Assembly: GCA_963765575.1 (NCBI GenBank)
Contig: CAVXWZ010000010.1
Span: 1 to 26,599, forward strand
Source: an uncultured cyanobacterium
GTDB taxonomy: Bacteria; Cyanobacteriota; Cyanobacteriia; PCC-6307; Cyanobiaceae
DNA length: 26,599 bases
Direction: 5' to 3'
Shown one piece after another: positions 1-10,525 of this stretch. The notes under the pieces were generated by a model that had not been told where the DNA came from, ran no database searches, and worked only from the letters and a program-made list of their open reading frames with translations. The translations under genes and the position numbers were made by a program. Numbering within the stretch: position 1 is the stretch's first letter; each line of letters begins with the position of its first letter.

Positions 1-50
1 GCGACAGGCGCCGGGCCAGCTCCTTGGCACTCGCCAGCCAGCGCAGTCAT
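1..50 (-). CDS. Possible 5' end of a gene running off the window, downstream of the GT41 gene
   Basis: ATG at 50-48 on the minus strand, about 20 nt after the GT41 stop. An adjacent frame reads LASAKELARRLS. Too short to identify. Confidence 0.3.
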   Translation of the reverse strand, partial: MTALAGECQGAGPAPV

Positions 51-69
51 GCGGGTGGTGCGTAGGCGC

Positions 70-1992
70 TCAACTGAAGGAGCAGCCGGCCTGGCTGGCC
101 ATCCCCTCCAGCTCTTCCGTCAACGCCCAGGCCAGATCGACGCCATCAAACAGCGGACCGGCGAGGGCCCGTTGCCGGCGCTCGGCCCGCCCGGAGCGCA
201 GGGCTGGCAGATCGGCCGTGAGCCGGCGGGCGATCGCCGCGAAGGCTTCGGGGGTGTCGGCGATCCAATCCGGCTCACCGAAGCCCTCCAGCACGGCGGT
301 GCTCATCCGGCCAGCGAAGGTGTGGCCGCGGATCACCACCAGGGGGGTGCCCATCGCCAGCGCCTCGAAGGCGGTGGTGGCGCTGCTCCAGGGGGTGGCG
401 TCGAGGGCCAGATCGATGCGGTTGTAGGCGGCCATGTGATCGGCCCAGTCGGCGGCCCAGCCCTCGAAACGCACCCGCGCGGGGTCCACGCCGGCGGCTT
501 CCAGAGCGCCGGTGATGCGCTCGCGCACCTGCCGGTATCGGCGGTGTGGCGGTGCTTCAGCAGCAGCCGGGCCTCGGGCACGGCTCGCAGCGCCGCAGCC
601 CAGTAGGCCAGGGTTTCGGGGCCGAGCTTGGCCACCTGGTTGCAGGAGCCGAACAGCAGCGGCTCATCGGCCGGCAATGACGCGGCTTCCGGCAGCTCAT
701 GGGGGGCGGGGTGTAGGCCGCCCAGGGGCGCGGCAGGCGCCAGATGCGCTCACTGAACTGGGGCTCCAACTCCGGCGGCAGCAGGGCCGCATCGGCGATG
801 AACCAGTCGAGGGTGGGCAGGTGGGTGCTGGCGTGGAAGCCCACGTAGTGACACTGCACCGGCGCCAGGCGCTCGGCCAGCAGGGGCAGGCCGCTGGCGG
901 TGGTGAAACCGGAGGTCTCCACGATCACCGCGTAGTCGCGCTCGCGGATCAGGGCACGGCGCACCACCGGATCGGCCTGGGGCAGCAGCAGGGCGTGGTG
1001 GGCGAGGGCGCGCAGGGAGCGATTGCGCTCCTCCCAGCGTGGCTGGGTTTCGATCAGCTCCAGCTGCAGCCGGGAGCGGTCGTGATGCCGCAGGAACGAT
1101 TCAAGGAAATGACCCACCGGGTGGGTGCCCAGCTCGGCGGTGAGGACGCCCACCCGCAGGGGTCCGCGGGGGTGTGGCGGTCTGCACAGTGCCCTGAAGC
1201 CGGCGCGCTGGCGGTGGGAGGGGTATCGGCGCCGATCAGCCGCCAGTGGGTTTCTGCCACCTCCCGCCGGCGCTGCAGCCAGCCCTTCGCCCGGCAACGG
1301 AGGCCACGAACAGGAAGGAGCTGGTGATCCGGGTGTCGGGTCCGAACTCCTGCAGGAGGCCTTCCAGCGCCGTCAGGGCTCCCACCGGGTCACCGGCCCC
1401 CTGCAGGCACTCGGAGACATTCAGGCGCGCCACCAGGGGCTCTGTCTGCAGGCGTGCCAGTACTTGGTGGTGGCACACCGCCTCCCCCAGCTGCCCCGCC
1501 CTGCTGAGCAGCAAGTGCGAGGGTCCGGCGGGCCTCCACCAGCGCCGGATCGGCGACGAGCGCCGCTTCCAGCGCGGCGATGGCGTCATCGGGCTGCTCC
1601 AGCTCGGCGTAGGCCAGGCCCAGCTCCAGCAGCCGCAGGGGCTGCTCCGGCGCAAAGGCCAGTGCCAGCCCGGCCTGCAGCAGCACCTGCTCGAAGCTGG
1701 CCCGGGCCGCCTCGTCCTCGCCCCGCTGGCGCTGGATCTGGCCGATGGCGATTCGTGGCTGGGCACGGCAAGGTTGGCCTCCAGGGCCCGCTCGAACCAG
1801 GCGATGGCGTCGGCCCAGCGGCCAGCGGCCCTCAGCACCTGGCCCTGCAGGGCCGCCACCTCCGAGGCGGGCTGCTGCTCCCAGAGGTGGTTGAGCAGAA
1901 CTTCCGCTCCGGCCAGGTCGCCGCGGCCGAAGAACTGCAGGGCTCGCTCGAGCACGGCAGCACGCCCATGGGGCTCCAGCCTGCCTTGGCAT
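70..1992 (-). CDS. TPR-containing GT41 (O-GlcNAc transferase/SPINDLY-like) glycosyltransferase, frameshifted in this assembly
   Basis: Joined from ORFs 1236..1955 (TPR-like: [19 protein letters not shown]), 557..1297 ([41 protein letters not shown]), 333..677 ([10 protein letters not shown]) and 70..528 ([24 protein letters not shown]). These are typical GT41 catalytic-lobe motifs. Start approximate. Confidence 0.88.
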
Positions 1993-2002
1993 CAAGCTGG
2001 GG

Positions 2003-2767
2003 ATGGCGATGCCGTCACCCACTGCCATGCCACCGCCCCCGCCACCAGCAGCACCTGCATCAGCATCCAACATGCTGATCGTCGACGACGACCCGGAGCT
2101 GCGCCGCTTCCTGCAGGGCGAGCTGGAGGCCGAGGGCTACGGGGTGGACACGGCGGGCACGGGCCAGCAGGCGCTGACGCGCATCCGCGCCGGCGGCCTG
2201 GAGCTGGTGCTGCTCGACTGGACCCTGCCCGATTTCAGCGGCCGTGGAGGTGTGCCGGCGCCTGCGCAGCAGCGGCATCAGCCACGCCGGTGCTGATGCT
2301 CACCGCCCGCGATGCGGTGAGCGAGCGGGTGGAGGCCCTCGACGCCGGCGCCGACGACTACCTCACCAAACCGTTTTCGATCGAGGAGCTGCTGGCGCGG
2401 GTGCGGGCGCGGCTGCGGCGCACCGGCCAGCGGCGGCGAGGAGGCCAGCGGAGCTGCTGCAGCTTCGCCGACCTCAGCGCTGAACCCCGCCGCGCGGGAG
2501 GTGCGCCGGGCCGGCGCGCCGATCCAGCTCACCGTGCGCGAGTACGACGCTGCTGCTGCAGCTGCTGCGCCAGCCCAACCGGGTGCAGGAGCGGCTGGCG
2601 CCTGCTGGAGGCGGTGTGGGGTGAGACCGTTCGTGGGCGACGACAACCTGCTGGATGTGTACATCCGCGACGCTGCGCCGCAAGCTCGAGCCCGCCCGGC
2701 GAGGCCAAGCTGATTCACACCGTGCGCGGGGTGGGCTTCATGCTCAAGGAGGGCCCCCTGAGGCTGA
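2003..2767 (+). CDS. OmpR/PhoB-family response regulator (NblR/MprA-like), frameshifted
   Basis: Receiver motifs [21 protein letters not shown] and [21 protein letters not shown]. Winged-helix end DNLLDVYIR...LRRKLE...[12 protein letters not shown]. Spread over several frames; the true start may be 2027 or 2072. Confidence 0.9.
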
Positions 2768-4099
2768 GCGGCGGCAGCAGCAGCTGGAACGTCGGCACCG
2801 CCGCCCTCGGGGCATCGTCCACCTGCACCGTAGCCGTCCATGGCGCTCCATCAGCAGCCGCACCATCGCCAGGCCGATGCCGCTGCCGCTCATGGAGGCT
2901 GGCGGCGGCGGCCGAACCGCGCACGGAAGCAGCTCGAAGCATCGGCCTCGCGCTCCTGCGGCGGCCACCCCGGGGCCGTGGTCGCGCACGTGCAGCAGCA
3001 GCACGGTGTCGCCGGCTGGTCCGCCGGCCAGCTCGCAGGCCAGCTCCACCGGCGTGGGGGCCGGGGCTGTACTTGCAGGGCGTTCTCCACCAGGTTGGTG
3101 AGGCACTGGCTCCAGCCGCTCGGGATCGGCGCGCACGCCGCAGATCCGCGTCGTCCGCGTCGGGCGCACTCGCCAGAGCCGCAGCCGGCCGGCCGCCACC
3201 GGCTCTCCAGCCGCTCGTAGGCCGCCAGCAGCGGCTCATCGCCGGCATCGAGCGGCAGGGCCGTGCAGCTCCAGGCGGCCGCTGTCGCGGCGGGCCAGAT
3301 CGAGCAGATCGCGCACCAGCGCGCGCCATGCGGTCGGCCTCGGCCGTGAATGCTGCGCGCCAGCCTGGCCGCAGGGGCGCGGCGGCGACCGGGGCGGCAG
3401 CGCGCCAGCAGCCGCTCCAGCCGCTGGGCGTTGCCACTGATCAGGGTGAGCGGGGTGCGCAGCTCGTGGGCCACGCCATCGATGAAGGTGCGCTGCTGCT
3501 CCCAGCTGGCCTCGCAGCCGCGCGCTGCAGGGCGTTGAAGGCCCGGGCGATCGGCCGCAGCTCGTCAGGCTGCTCGGCCACCGCGATCGGCTCCGGCCGG
3601 GCGGCATCGGGCTCGGCGGCGGCCAGGGCCTGGCTGAGCACGCTGCAGCGGCTTCAGCAGGCCAGCGCGCAGCACCGGCCGCAGCAGGCGCGCTGGTGAC
3701 GAGGCTGGAGAACCCCGCCACCGCCACCAGCAGCAAGGGGCGGCGTTGCGCCGGGCCTCCAGGTCCGCCGTCACGTTCTGGCGCACCTCCAGCCCCCCGC
3801 TCACGCTCACCAGCCAGCGCTGCGACCCCACCGGCTCGATGCGCGGTGGGTGTGGCTTAAGGCCTGCCCGCCGGCCGCACCTCATCGCCGCCGGGCAGGC
3901 GCAACGGCCCAATGGCGGGCAGCACCAGTCTGCCGGCGTCCAATCTCCTGCCGCGCCGCCGCCACCAACTGGGCGTGGGCGCTCCGCCGCTGCAGCACCC
4001 CAGCCCCTGGTTGAGCACCAGCAACACCCCGTAGCCAGCCAGCACCGCCAGGAAGGTGGTGCCCTGCAGGCGCTCGCGCAGCGACCGGGGATGCCCCAT
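2715..4099 (-). CDS. Membrane sensor histidine kinase (2 TM, HAMP, HisKA, HATPase), frameshifted
   Basis: N-terminus [29 protein letters not shown], second [20 protein letters not shown]-like [15 protein letters not shown]-box [12 protein letters not shown]-box LTNLVENA, G1 VRDHGPGV, G2 [17 protein letters not shown]. 3' end uncertain. Confidence 0.88.
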
Positions 4100-4159
4100 C
4101 GGGGCAGGCTGGGGCTGGGGGGCCGAACCCCACCATGTTGGAACATCCCCCGCCGCTCC

Positions 4160-5011
4160 ATGGAGTCCTCCTCGTTCGTCCGCTCCTGGTTTGCTTTCCT
4201 GCAGCTGGATCGGCCGCTGAGGTGCCTGGATGTGGGCGCCCTGGCGCTGGCGGGTGAACCGGAGCCCTGGAAGCGCTGGGCCCGGCAAGGCTGCGCCGAG
4301 GTGGTGGGCTTCGAGCCCCTGGAGGAGGAGGCGAGCGGCTGAACCGCGGGGCCCCCCAGCGCGGGGCGCTCCGCTATCTGCCCTGGGCCCTGGGCGATGG
4401 CGCGGAGCACAGCCTGCACGTCACCAACGTCCGATGACCTCCTCGCTCTACCCGCCCGCCCGCACCACCATCGATCTGTTCCCGGCCCTCGGCGAGCTGA
4501 TGCGGGTGGAGCAAGAGGCGCCGCTGCGCACCCGCCGGCTGGACGACCTCGAGGAGGCCAGGCCGGCAGATTTCCTCAAGTTCGACGTGCCGGGGGCCGA
4601 GCGGATGGTGCTGGAGCACGCCACCAAAACCCTCAAGGACGTGGCGGTGCTGCAGAGCGAGGTGGAGTTCCTGGAGCTCTACGAGGGTCAGCCCCTGTTC
4701 GCCGATGATGCCCTGCTGCGCCGCCAGGGATTCTGTTTTCTGCGCTTCCCTTACACCATGGGCCTGCCCTTCCGGCTGCTGCAGCAAGGCAGCGAATCCC
4801 AAGCGGCCCTCAGCCAGCTGCTCTGGGGGGATGCGATCTATGTGCGCGATTTCCGCCAGCGCCACCAGTGGAGCGAGCGGCAGCTGAAGGCGGCGGCGTT
4901 CCTGCTGCATGAGCTCTACGCGCCTTCGATCTGGTGGCCCTGCTGCTCGCTGAGCTTGACCGCCGCCAGGGCAGCGCCCTGGCAGGAGTGCTACCTGGGC
5001 TCATGCGCTGA
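4160..5011 (+). CDS. FkbM-family SAM-dependent methyltransferase, frameshifted
   Basis: LDVGA, VVGFEP, ALGDG, TRRLDDL, DFLKFDVPGAERMVL, EVEFLELYEGQPLFAD and QLLWGDAIY are typical of Methyltransf_21/FkbM. Joined from ORFs 3746..4342 and 4230..5033. Confidence 0.85.
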
Positions 5012-5049
5012 GCCGCCCCGGCCTGGCCGTTGAAACCCCAGCCCCGACC

Positions 5050-5055
5050 TAGCTT
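5050..5055 (+). promoter_or_regulatory. Candidate -10 element (TAGCTT) for the FkbM-GT41 gene
   Basis: TAnnnT hexamer about 20 nt upstream of ATG 5075 in an otherwise GC-rich intergenic stretch. Confidence 0.3.
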
Positions 5056-5074
5056 AACCCCGTCCGTGCCGCCG

Positions 5075-8000
5075 ATGACCAGCACCCCCGCCACCCTCAC
5101 CGTCACCCTGGTGGACGGTACTCAGGTGGTGGTGCCCGACTCCCTCGAGCAGATCACCCCCTACGTGCTGCAGGAGCAGGGCGACTGGTTCGAGGACGAG
5201 ATCAAGTTCCTCCGCCGCCTGGTGCAGCCGGGGCCAGACGGTGCTGGACATCGGCGCCAACGTGGGCGTCTATGCCCTCTCCCTGGCCCGCCGGGTGGGC
5301 CCCAGAGGGCAGGTGTGGGCCTTCGAGCCGGCGGCAGACACCGCCGCTCTGCTGCAGGAGCATCGCCGCCAACGGCACCAGCCTGGCTGCACCTGCAGCG
5401 CCAGGCCCTCTCCGATCACACCGGCAGCGCCTGGCTGCAGACGCCGGGCCAGTCGGAACTCAACAGCCTGGCGACCGAGCACAGGGCCCTGGCGAAGCAG
5501 GTGCCCCTCACCACCCTCGATGCCGGCCTGGACGCCTTCGGCTGGCGCCAGGTGGATCTGCTCAAGATCGACGCCGAGGGTGAGGAGGAGCGGATCATTG
5601 CCGGCGGCCGGCGGTTCTTCGCCGAGCTCTCGCCCCTGGTGATGTTCGAGCTCAAGGCCGGCACCGAGCTGCACCTGGAGCTGGTGCAGCGCTTCCAGGC
5701 GCTTGGCTACAGCTGCTACCGGCTGGTGCCCGGGCCTCGATGCCCTGATGCCCTTCGATCCTGCGGCCGGGGTGGATGGCTATCTGCTCAACCTGTTCGC
5801 CGCCAAGCCCGAGCGCGCCGAGGCCCTGGCCGCCGGCGGCTGGCTGGTGCCCAGCGCCAACCCCGAGCCCCCCGAACCAGCAGGAGCTGGAGCCCTACCA
5901 CTGGCGCCGGGTGCTCACCCGGCTGCCCTACGGCCAGGCCCTGGCCGCCGCCTGGGAGGAGCACGCAGGCAGCGCAGCGGCGGCGCGGCCGAACCCCTGG
6001 CGCTGTGGGCCTACGCCCAGGACCCCGCCCGCCCATCGCCAGGCGCCTGGGCGCCCTGCAGCGCAGCTACAGGTGCTGAGTGAGCAGGCCCGCGACAACC
6101 AGCGGCTCACCAGCACTGAGCAGCCTGGCCCGCGTGGCCACGAGCTGGGGGAGCGCAGCCCGGCGGTGCGCGCCCTGGGCCAGCTGATCACGGCGCTGCG
6201 GGCGGAGCGAGCACTCGACCTTCAGCAGCCGTTTCTGCCCCCCCTGCAGCGCTACGACGTTCTCGATCCGGCTGGGCGCGACTGACTGGCTGCTCTCAGC
6301 CGGCCTGGAGGCCGACGAGATCCTGGGTGCCTACTCCGGCTTCTACCTGGGTGAGCGCGGCCGGGCCCGGCTGCAACGCCTGCTTGAGCTGGGCTATCCG
6401 CTGGCCCCGGGGCGCTTGCAGCACGGCGCCTGCGGCTGCTGAACCGCCGCTTCCCCAGCCTGCCGACCGGATCGCCGCAGCAGGCGCGCCGCAACGAAGC
6501 CCAGCTTCAGCTGAGCAAGCAGGCCTGGCAGAGCCTGCAGGGGAATGATCGGACCGCCGCCTGGGAACTGCTGCACCAGGCGCGCCGCTGGGGATCGATT
6601 GCCCGGCTTCCCTGCACTACATCGCCAAGTGCCTGATCGCGCTGGGGGCGATCTCTGAAGCCACCCCCCTGCTGCAGCGGGCTGTGGAGCTCAACCCCAA
6701 TGACCCCGCTGTGCTGGTGGAGCTGGGCCTGACCCTGCGCCGAAGCGGCCGAACCCCAGGCCGGCGAGCGGTGCTGCACCAGGCCGTTTCCTCTACAGCT
6801 TCCAGCTGGCCGGCCGAAGCGAGCGCGGCCGATCTCGCCAACCTGGCCATCGCCTACGACGAGCTGGGCGAGCGGGAGCAGGCCCTCACCTGCCTGGAAC
6901 AGGCCCTTGAGCGCGAGCCGGCCCACGCAGAGGCGCGGCTGCGCAAGGCGGCGATTGTCGGCGTCGCCCTGATGGCCACGACGCAGCGAGGCCATCTGGC
7001 AGTCGATGCTGGAGGGGAGACCGGCAGCGCGGGGCCGCGCCCAGACCATCGTCTCTGCGCATCACCCAGGGGGATCTGAGTGAGGCCGAGCGCTGCTCCA
7101 GCTCCACCTCAAGGCTGATCCAGGCGACTGCAATGCCCATCACCAGCTCGCCTTCCTGCACTCGATCTCCGGCAGGCCGCCGTGGCCAGCCATCTCGAGC
7201 ACCTGCGCCGCTACTGGCCCTGGTGCGCTCCGAAGCGGCCAGCGGCGTTCCGCCGGCGGGGCCCTCAGCCTGCCTCCGGCGCAGGGCCGATTGAGGGTGG
7301 GCATTCTCACCGCGGAGATCGGCGACCACGTGGTGAGCCTGTTTCTTGAGCCCTTCCTGCGCCACTACAACCGCCAGCACCTGGAGGTGGAGCTGATCGA
7401 GGTGACGGAGCACGCCACCGCATGGGCCGATCAGCTGCGCGGCCTCGCCGATGCGGTGATTCCCCTCGGTGACGTGGACGGGCAGGAAGCGCGCCGCCGC
7501 CTGCGCAGCCGCGGCTACCACGTGCTGGTGGAAACGTCGGGATTCACCGCCCACAGCGGCCTTGACCTGCTGGCGGAGCGTTGCGCGCCGGTGCAGTGCC
7601 ACTACATCGGCTTCCATGCCAGCACCGGCCTGGACACGATCGACTGGTTCATCGGCGACGAGGTCACCGCCGCGCCGGAGCTGGCGGATCACTACGTGGA
7701 AGGGCTCTGGCGCCTGCCGCGGCTGTGGCTGGCCAGCCGCCGCCGCCGGAGCTGCCCGAGGCCACCTCCACCCTGGACGCCACCGCCGCGCCGGTGCTGG
7801 GCTCGTTCAACCAGTTCGGCAAGGTGGGGCCGCAAACCCTGGATTTCTGGGCCGCGGCCCTGCGCACAGCCCCCGCAGCGTGCTGCACCTCAAGAGCGTC
7901 TCCAGCGATGCCGCCGCCCCCCGCCGGCGCATCCGGAGGGGCTCGAGCGCCGCGGGGTGGATCCGGCCCGGGTGCGCGTGCTGGAGCGCACAGCCGGCTT

Positions 8001-8359
8001 CGCCGAGCACCTGGGCTGCTACCGGGGGATGGACATCGCCCTCGACGCCACCCCCTGGGCCGGCGCCACCACCAGCTTTGAGGCCCTGGCGATGGGGGTC
8101 CGTGGTGGGCATCCTGGGCGGCACCACGGCGGGCCGCATGACCTGCTCGATTCTTCATGCCCTGGGCCAGGACGACTGGATCGCCCGCGATCCCTCCCAG
8201 TTCGCCGCGATCGTGGGCCAGCTCGCAGCCAGGTGGCCCAGCTGCGCGCGGCAGATCAGCCCTGCAGCAGCGGGTGCTGGCGAGTTCCCTGTTCGACGGT
8301 GCGGATCTTGCCCACCAGCTTGAGCGGCCTTCTTCGCCATGGCCCGCCACGGGGCTTGA
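5075..8359 (+). CDS. Probable multidomain protein: FkbM methyltransferase + helical domain + TPRs + GT41 glycosyltransferase (could be two genes split near 6450); frameshifted
   Basis: FkbM motifs VLDIGANVGVY, WAFEP and VDLLKIDAEGEE at 5075-5800. TPRs (LQRAVELNPNDPAVLVELG, LAIAYDELGEREQALTCLEQAL) at 6600-7100. GT41 motifs LRVGILTAEIGDHVV, VETSGFT, APVQCHYIGFHAST, GSFNQFGKV and DIALDATPWAGATTSFEALAMG at 7291-8359. No stop or convincing restart seen at the junction. Confidence 0.8.
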
Positions 8360-8475
8360 TCGGCCCCGCCGGCTGTGTCGGATCTCAGCAATCTCTCAGT
8401 CTTTTCACCTGCCACGGCCTCCCCCAGGGAGGCCCGTGTGCGCTTCACTCGATCAGTAAATCGCTCCCTATCGCC

Positions 8476-8886
8476 ATGGCTGCATCCACCTACAGGCAGC
8501 GGCTGCTGCTGCAACTGCTGAACTCCCGCGGCATCGACCGGAGTGCGGCTCAGGGCTTCACCCTGATCGAGCTGCTGGTGGTGATCGTGATCCTGGGCGT
8601 GCTCGGAGGCGTGGCTACGGCGCCTATGTAAGCCAGATCGCCCGTGCCAACGAGAACACCGCCAACGTGGCTGCCACCGCCGCCGCCAAGAACTGCGCAG
8701 CCCTGCTCGTCACCGGCGATCGAAGCACAGTTCAAGACCGGTGTGGACGGCACCAGGGTGCAAGATCAGTACTTCCGCCTGCGCCTTGGATACCACTTAC
8801 ACGGTGAGTGCAGGAGAAGGCACCAACGCTCGCTCTGGTGCCGGGCCACCATCAACGCCCAGGGCGCCGTCACACCCGGCGCCTGA
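8476..8886 (+). CDS. pilA: Type IV major pilin, frameshifted
   Basis: Leader MAASTYRQRLLLQLLNSRGIDRSAAQG followed by the class III signal FTLIELLVVIVILGVLGGV. Continues in shifted frames as YVSQIARANENTANVAATAAAKNCAALLVTG...ISTSACALDTTYTV...ATINAQGAVTPGA*. Short, stand-alone, followed by a terminator. Confidence 0.88.
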
Positions 8887-8931
8887 GCTCCTTGCGGCCT
8901 TACTGCCTTCAAGCCAGCACGCACCATCCAG

Positions 8932-8956
8932 GCGGCCGGTCCACGGCCGCTTTTTT
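8932..8956 (+). terminator. Rho-independent terminator after pilA
   Basis: GCGGCCG-gtcca-CGGCCGC perfect 7-bp stem followed by TTTTTT. Confidence 0.85.
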
Positions 8957-8985
8957 ATGCTGCACCGCACCCAATGGGGCCCTCC

Positions 8986-10515
8986 ATGAGCTGGGATCAC
9001 GGCTACTACTCCCATGCCGCCTACACCAGCGGCTACTACCGCGAGATGGCGCCCGGCTGGATCGATCTCGCCGCCCTGGTGAAGGGCGTGGCTCCTGGTC
9101 GCGCCAGCGACGGCGCTCCCTTCCGCTATCTCGATCTGGGCTGCGGCACCGGCTACGGCCTCTGCCTGCTGGCCGCCCTGCATCCTGAAGGACCCTTCGT
9201 GGGCGTGGATTTCCTGCCCACCCACATCGCTCAGGCCGAAAGCCTCGCCGCCGCTCTGGAGCTCAGCAACATCCGCTTCCTGGAGGCTGATGTGCTCGCC
9301 CTCGCCAGTGATCCAAACCCCCTGGCGGATGCCGCCGGCGGCGCCCCTCGCTTTGACTACGTCGGTGCCCACGGCGTGGCCACCTGGGTGGTGGAGCCCG
9401 TGCAGCAGGCTCTGTTTGCAGCCGCGGCCTCCTGCCTGCGTCCCGGCGGCCTGTTTTACTGCTCCTACAACTGCTTTCCCGGCTGGCTGGGCCGCACGGC
9501 CCTGCACCAGCTGGTGGGCTTGGAGCGGCGGCGCAGCGATCCCGCCGTTGCCCTGCAGCCGATTCAGCGGGCCGCCACCACCCTCAAGGCGCTGCTGGGC
9601 GACGAGGCCGACCCCACCACCCTGGCCCAGGCCTGCCCCGGCCTGCGCAACGACCTGGACCTGCTGGAGAGCTTCCCGCCCCTCTACCTCAGCCAGGAAT
9701 ACGCCAATGACGGCTGGCAGCCCCTCTACGTGCACCAGCTGCATGAACGCTGCGCCGCCCACAAGCTCAGCTACATCTGTTCTGCCCACCTCTCCGAGCT
9801 CTTCCCCCACTTGCTGCCGCCCCAGGTGCAGGCCGTGCTGCGCCAGGAGGCCAACCCCCGCGTACGCGAGCTGCTCGTGGATCTGGCCACCAACAAGTGC
9901 TTCCGCCGTGATCTGTTCGTGCTCGGGGAATGCCGGCTCACCGCCTCGGCCCGCGAGGAGCGGCTGGCGGCGCTGCAGGTGCGGCCGCAGGAGGCCCCGC
10001 CCCTGGAGGCCTATGTGTTCTCCACCAGCTACGGCGATGTCACCGGCCACCTAGAGGCCTACCGGGCACTGGAGGAGGCCCTGGCGCTTGGGCCCCAGCC
10101 CCTGGCCGCGCTGCTGGCGGCATGCCCGCAGCCGCCGGAAGACCTCGTGGTGCAGGTGGCACTGCTGCTGGCCGCCAGCCGACTGGGTCTGGACCGCGGC
10201 GCGGCGGGCGAGGCGGCGCTGGCAGGTTGTCAGGCCGTGAATCGCGCCATCGCCAGGCTCAGCGCCGAGGGCGCGGCCTTCGGCTCCCTCGCCGCAGCCC
10301 GCATCGGCCAGGCTGTCGCCGTGCCCCCCAGCGAACAGCTGATGGCCACTGGCCTCAGCCAGGGGCTCAGCGGCGAGCTGCTCAGCGGCTGCGTGCAGGC
10401 GGGCCTCAGTGCCCTGGGGCCCGAGCCGCCCCTCGATGTGCTGCAGCAGGAGATCGAGCGCTTCAGCGGCGGGCGCTGGCCGGCCCTGCAGGCTCTGGGC
10501 GTCTTCCCCGGCTGA
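8986..10515 (+). CDS. Class I SAM-dependent methyltransferase with predicted methyltransferase regulatory domain (MethyTransf_Reg-like)
   Basis: Intact ORF. N-terminus W-x-x-GY...YTSGYYREMAP, motif I YLDLGCGTGYG, FVGVDF, FDYVGAHGV, LRPGGLFYCSYN.PGW, YLSQEY and FRRDLF match this family as I recall it. Confidence 0.85.
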   Translation: MSWDHGYYSHAAYTSGYYREMAPGWIDLAALVKGVAPGRASDGAPFRYLDLGCGTGYGLCLLAALHPEGPFVGVDFLPTHIAQAESLAAALELSNIRFLEADVLALASDPNPLADAAGGAPRFDYVGAHGVATWVVEPVQQALFAAAASCLRPGGLFYCSYNCFPGWLGRTALHQLVGLERRRSDPAVALQPIQRAATTLKALLGDEADPTTLAQACPGLRNDLDLLESFPPLYLSQEYANDGWQPLYVHQLHERCAAHKLSYICSAHLSELFPHLLPPQVQAVLRQEANPRVRELLVDLATNKCFRRDLFVLGECRLTASAREERLAALQVRPQEAPPLEAYVFSTSYGDVTGHLEAYRALEEALALGPQPLAALLAACPQPPEDLVVQVALLLAASRLGLDRGAAGEAALAGCQAVNRAIARLSAEGAAFGSLAAARIGQAVAVPPSEQLMATGLSQGLSGELLSGCVQAGLSALGPEPPLDVLQQEIERFSGGRWPALQALGVFPG

Positions 10516-10525
10516 ACCGCCCACG

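Noticed and set aside
1246..3699. 817-aa plus-strand ORF
   Set aside because: Chimera of antisense GT41/kinase sequence and pieces of the frameshifted response regulator; not a real protein.
8360..8475. Search for a SigF-type GGGTAA promoter upstream of pilA
   Set aside because: No convincing match seen (only CAGTAAA), so no promoter was called.
8575..8601. 27-bp exact match (CTGGTGGTGATCGTGATCCTGGGCGTG) with 23135-23161, considered as a pilin recombination or antigenic-variation site
   Set aside because: It encodes the conserved hydrophobic helix LVVIVILGV using the preferred codons. No silent pilin cassettes were seen, so protein conservation explains it.
8797..10050. 417-aa minus-strand ORF
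   Set aside because: Antisense shadow of the intact methyltransferase.
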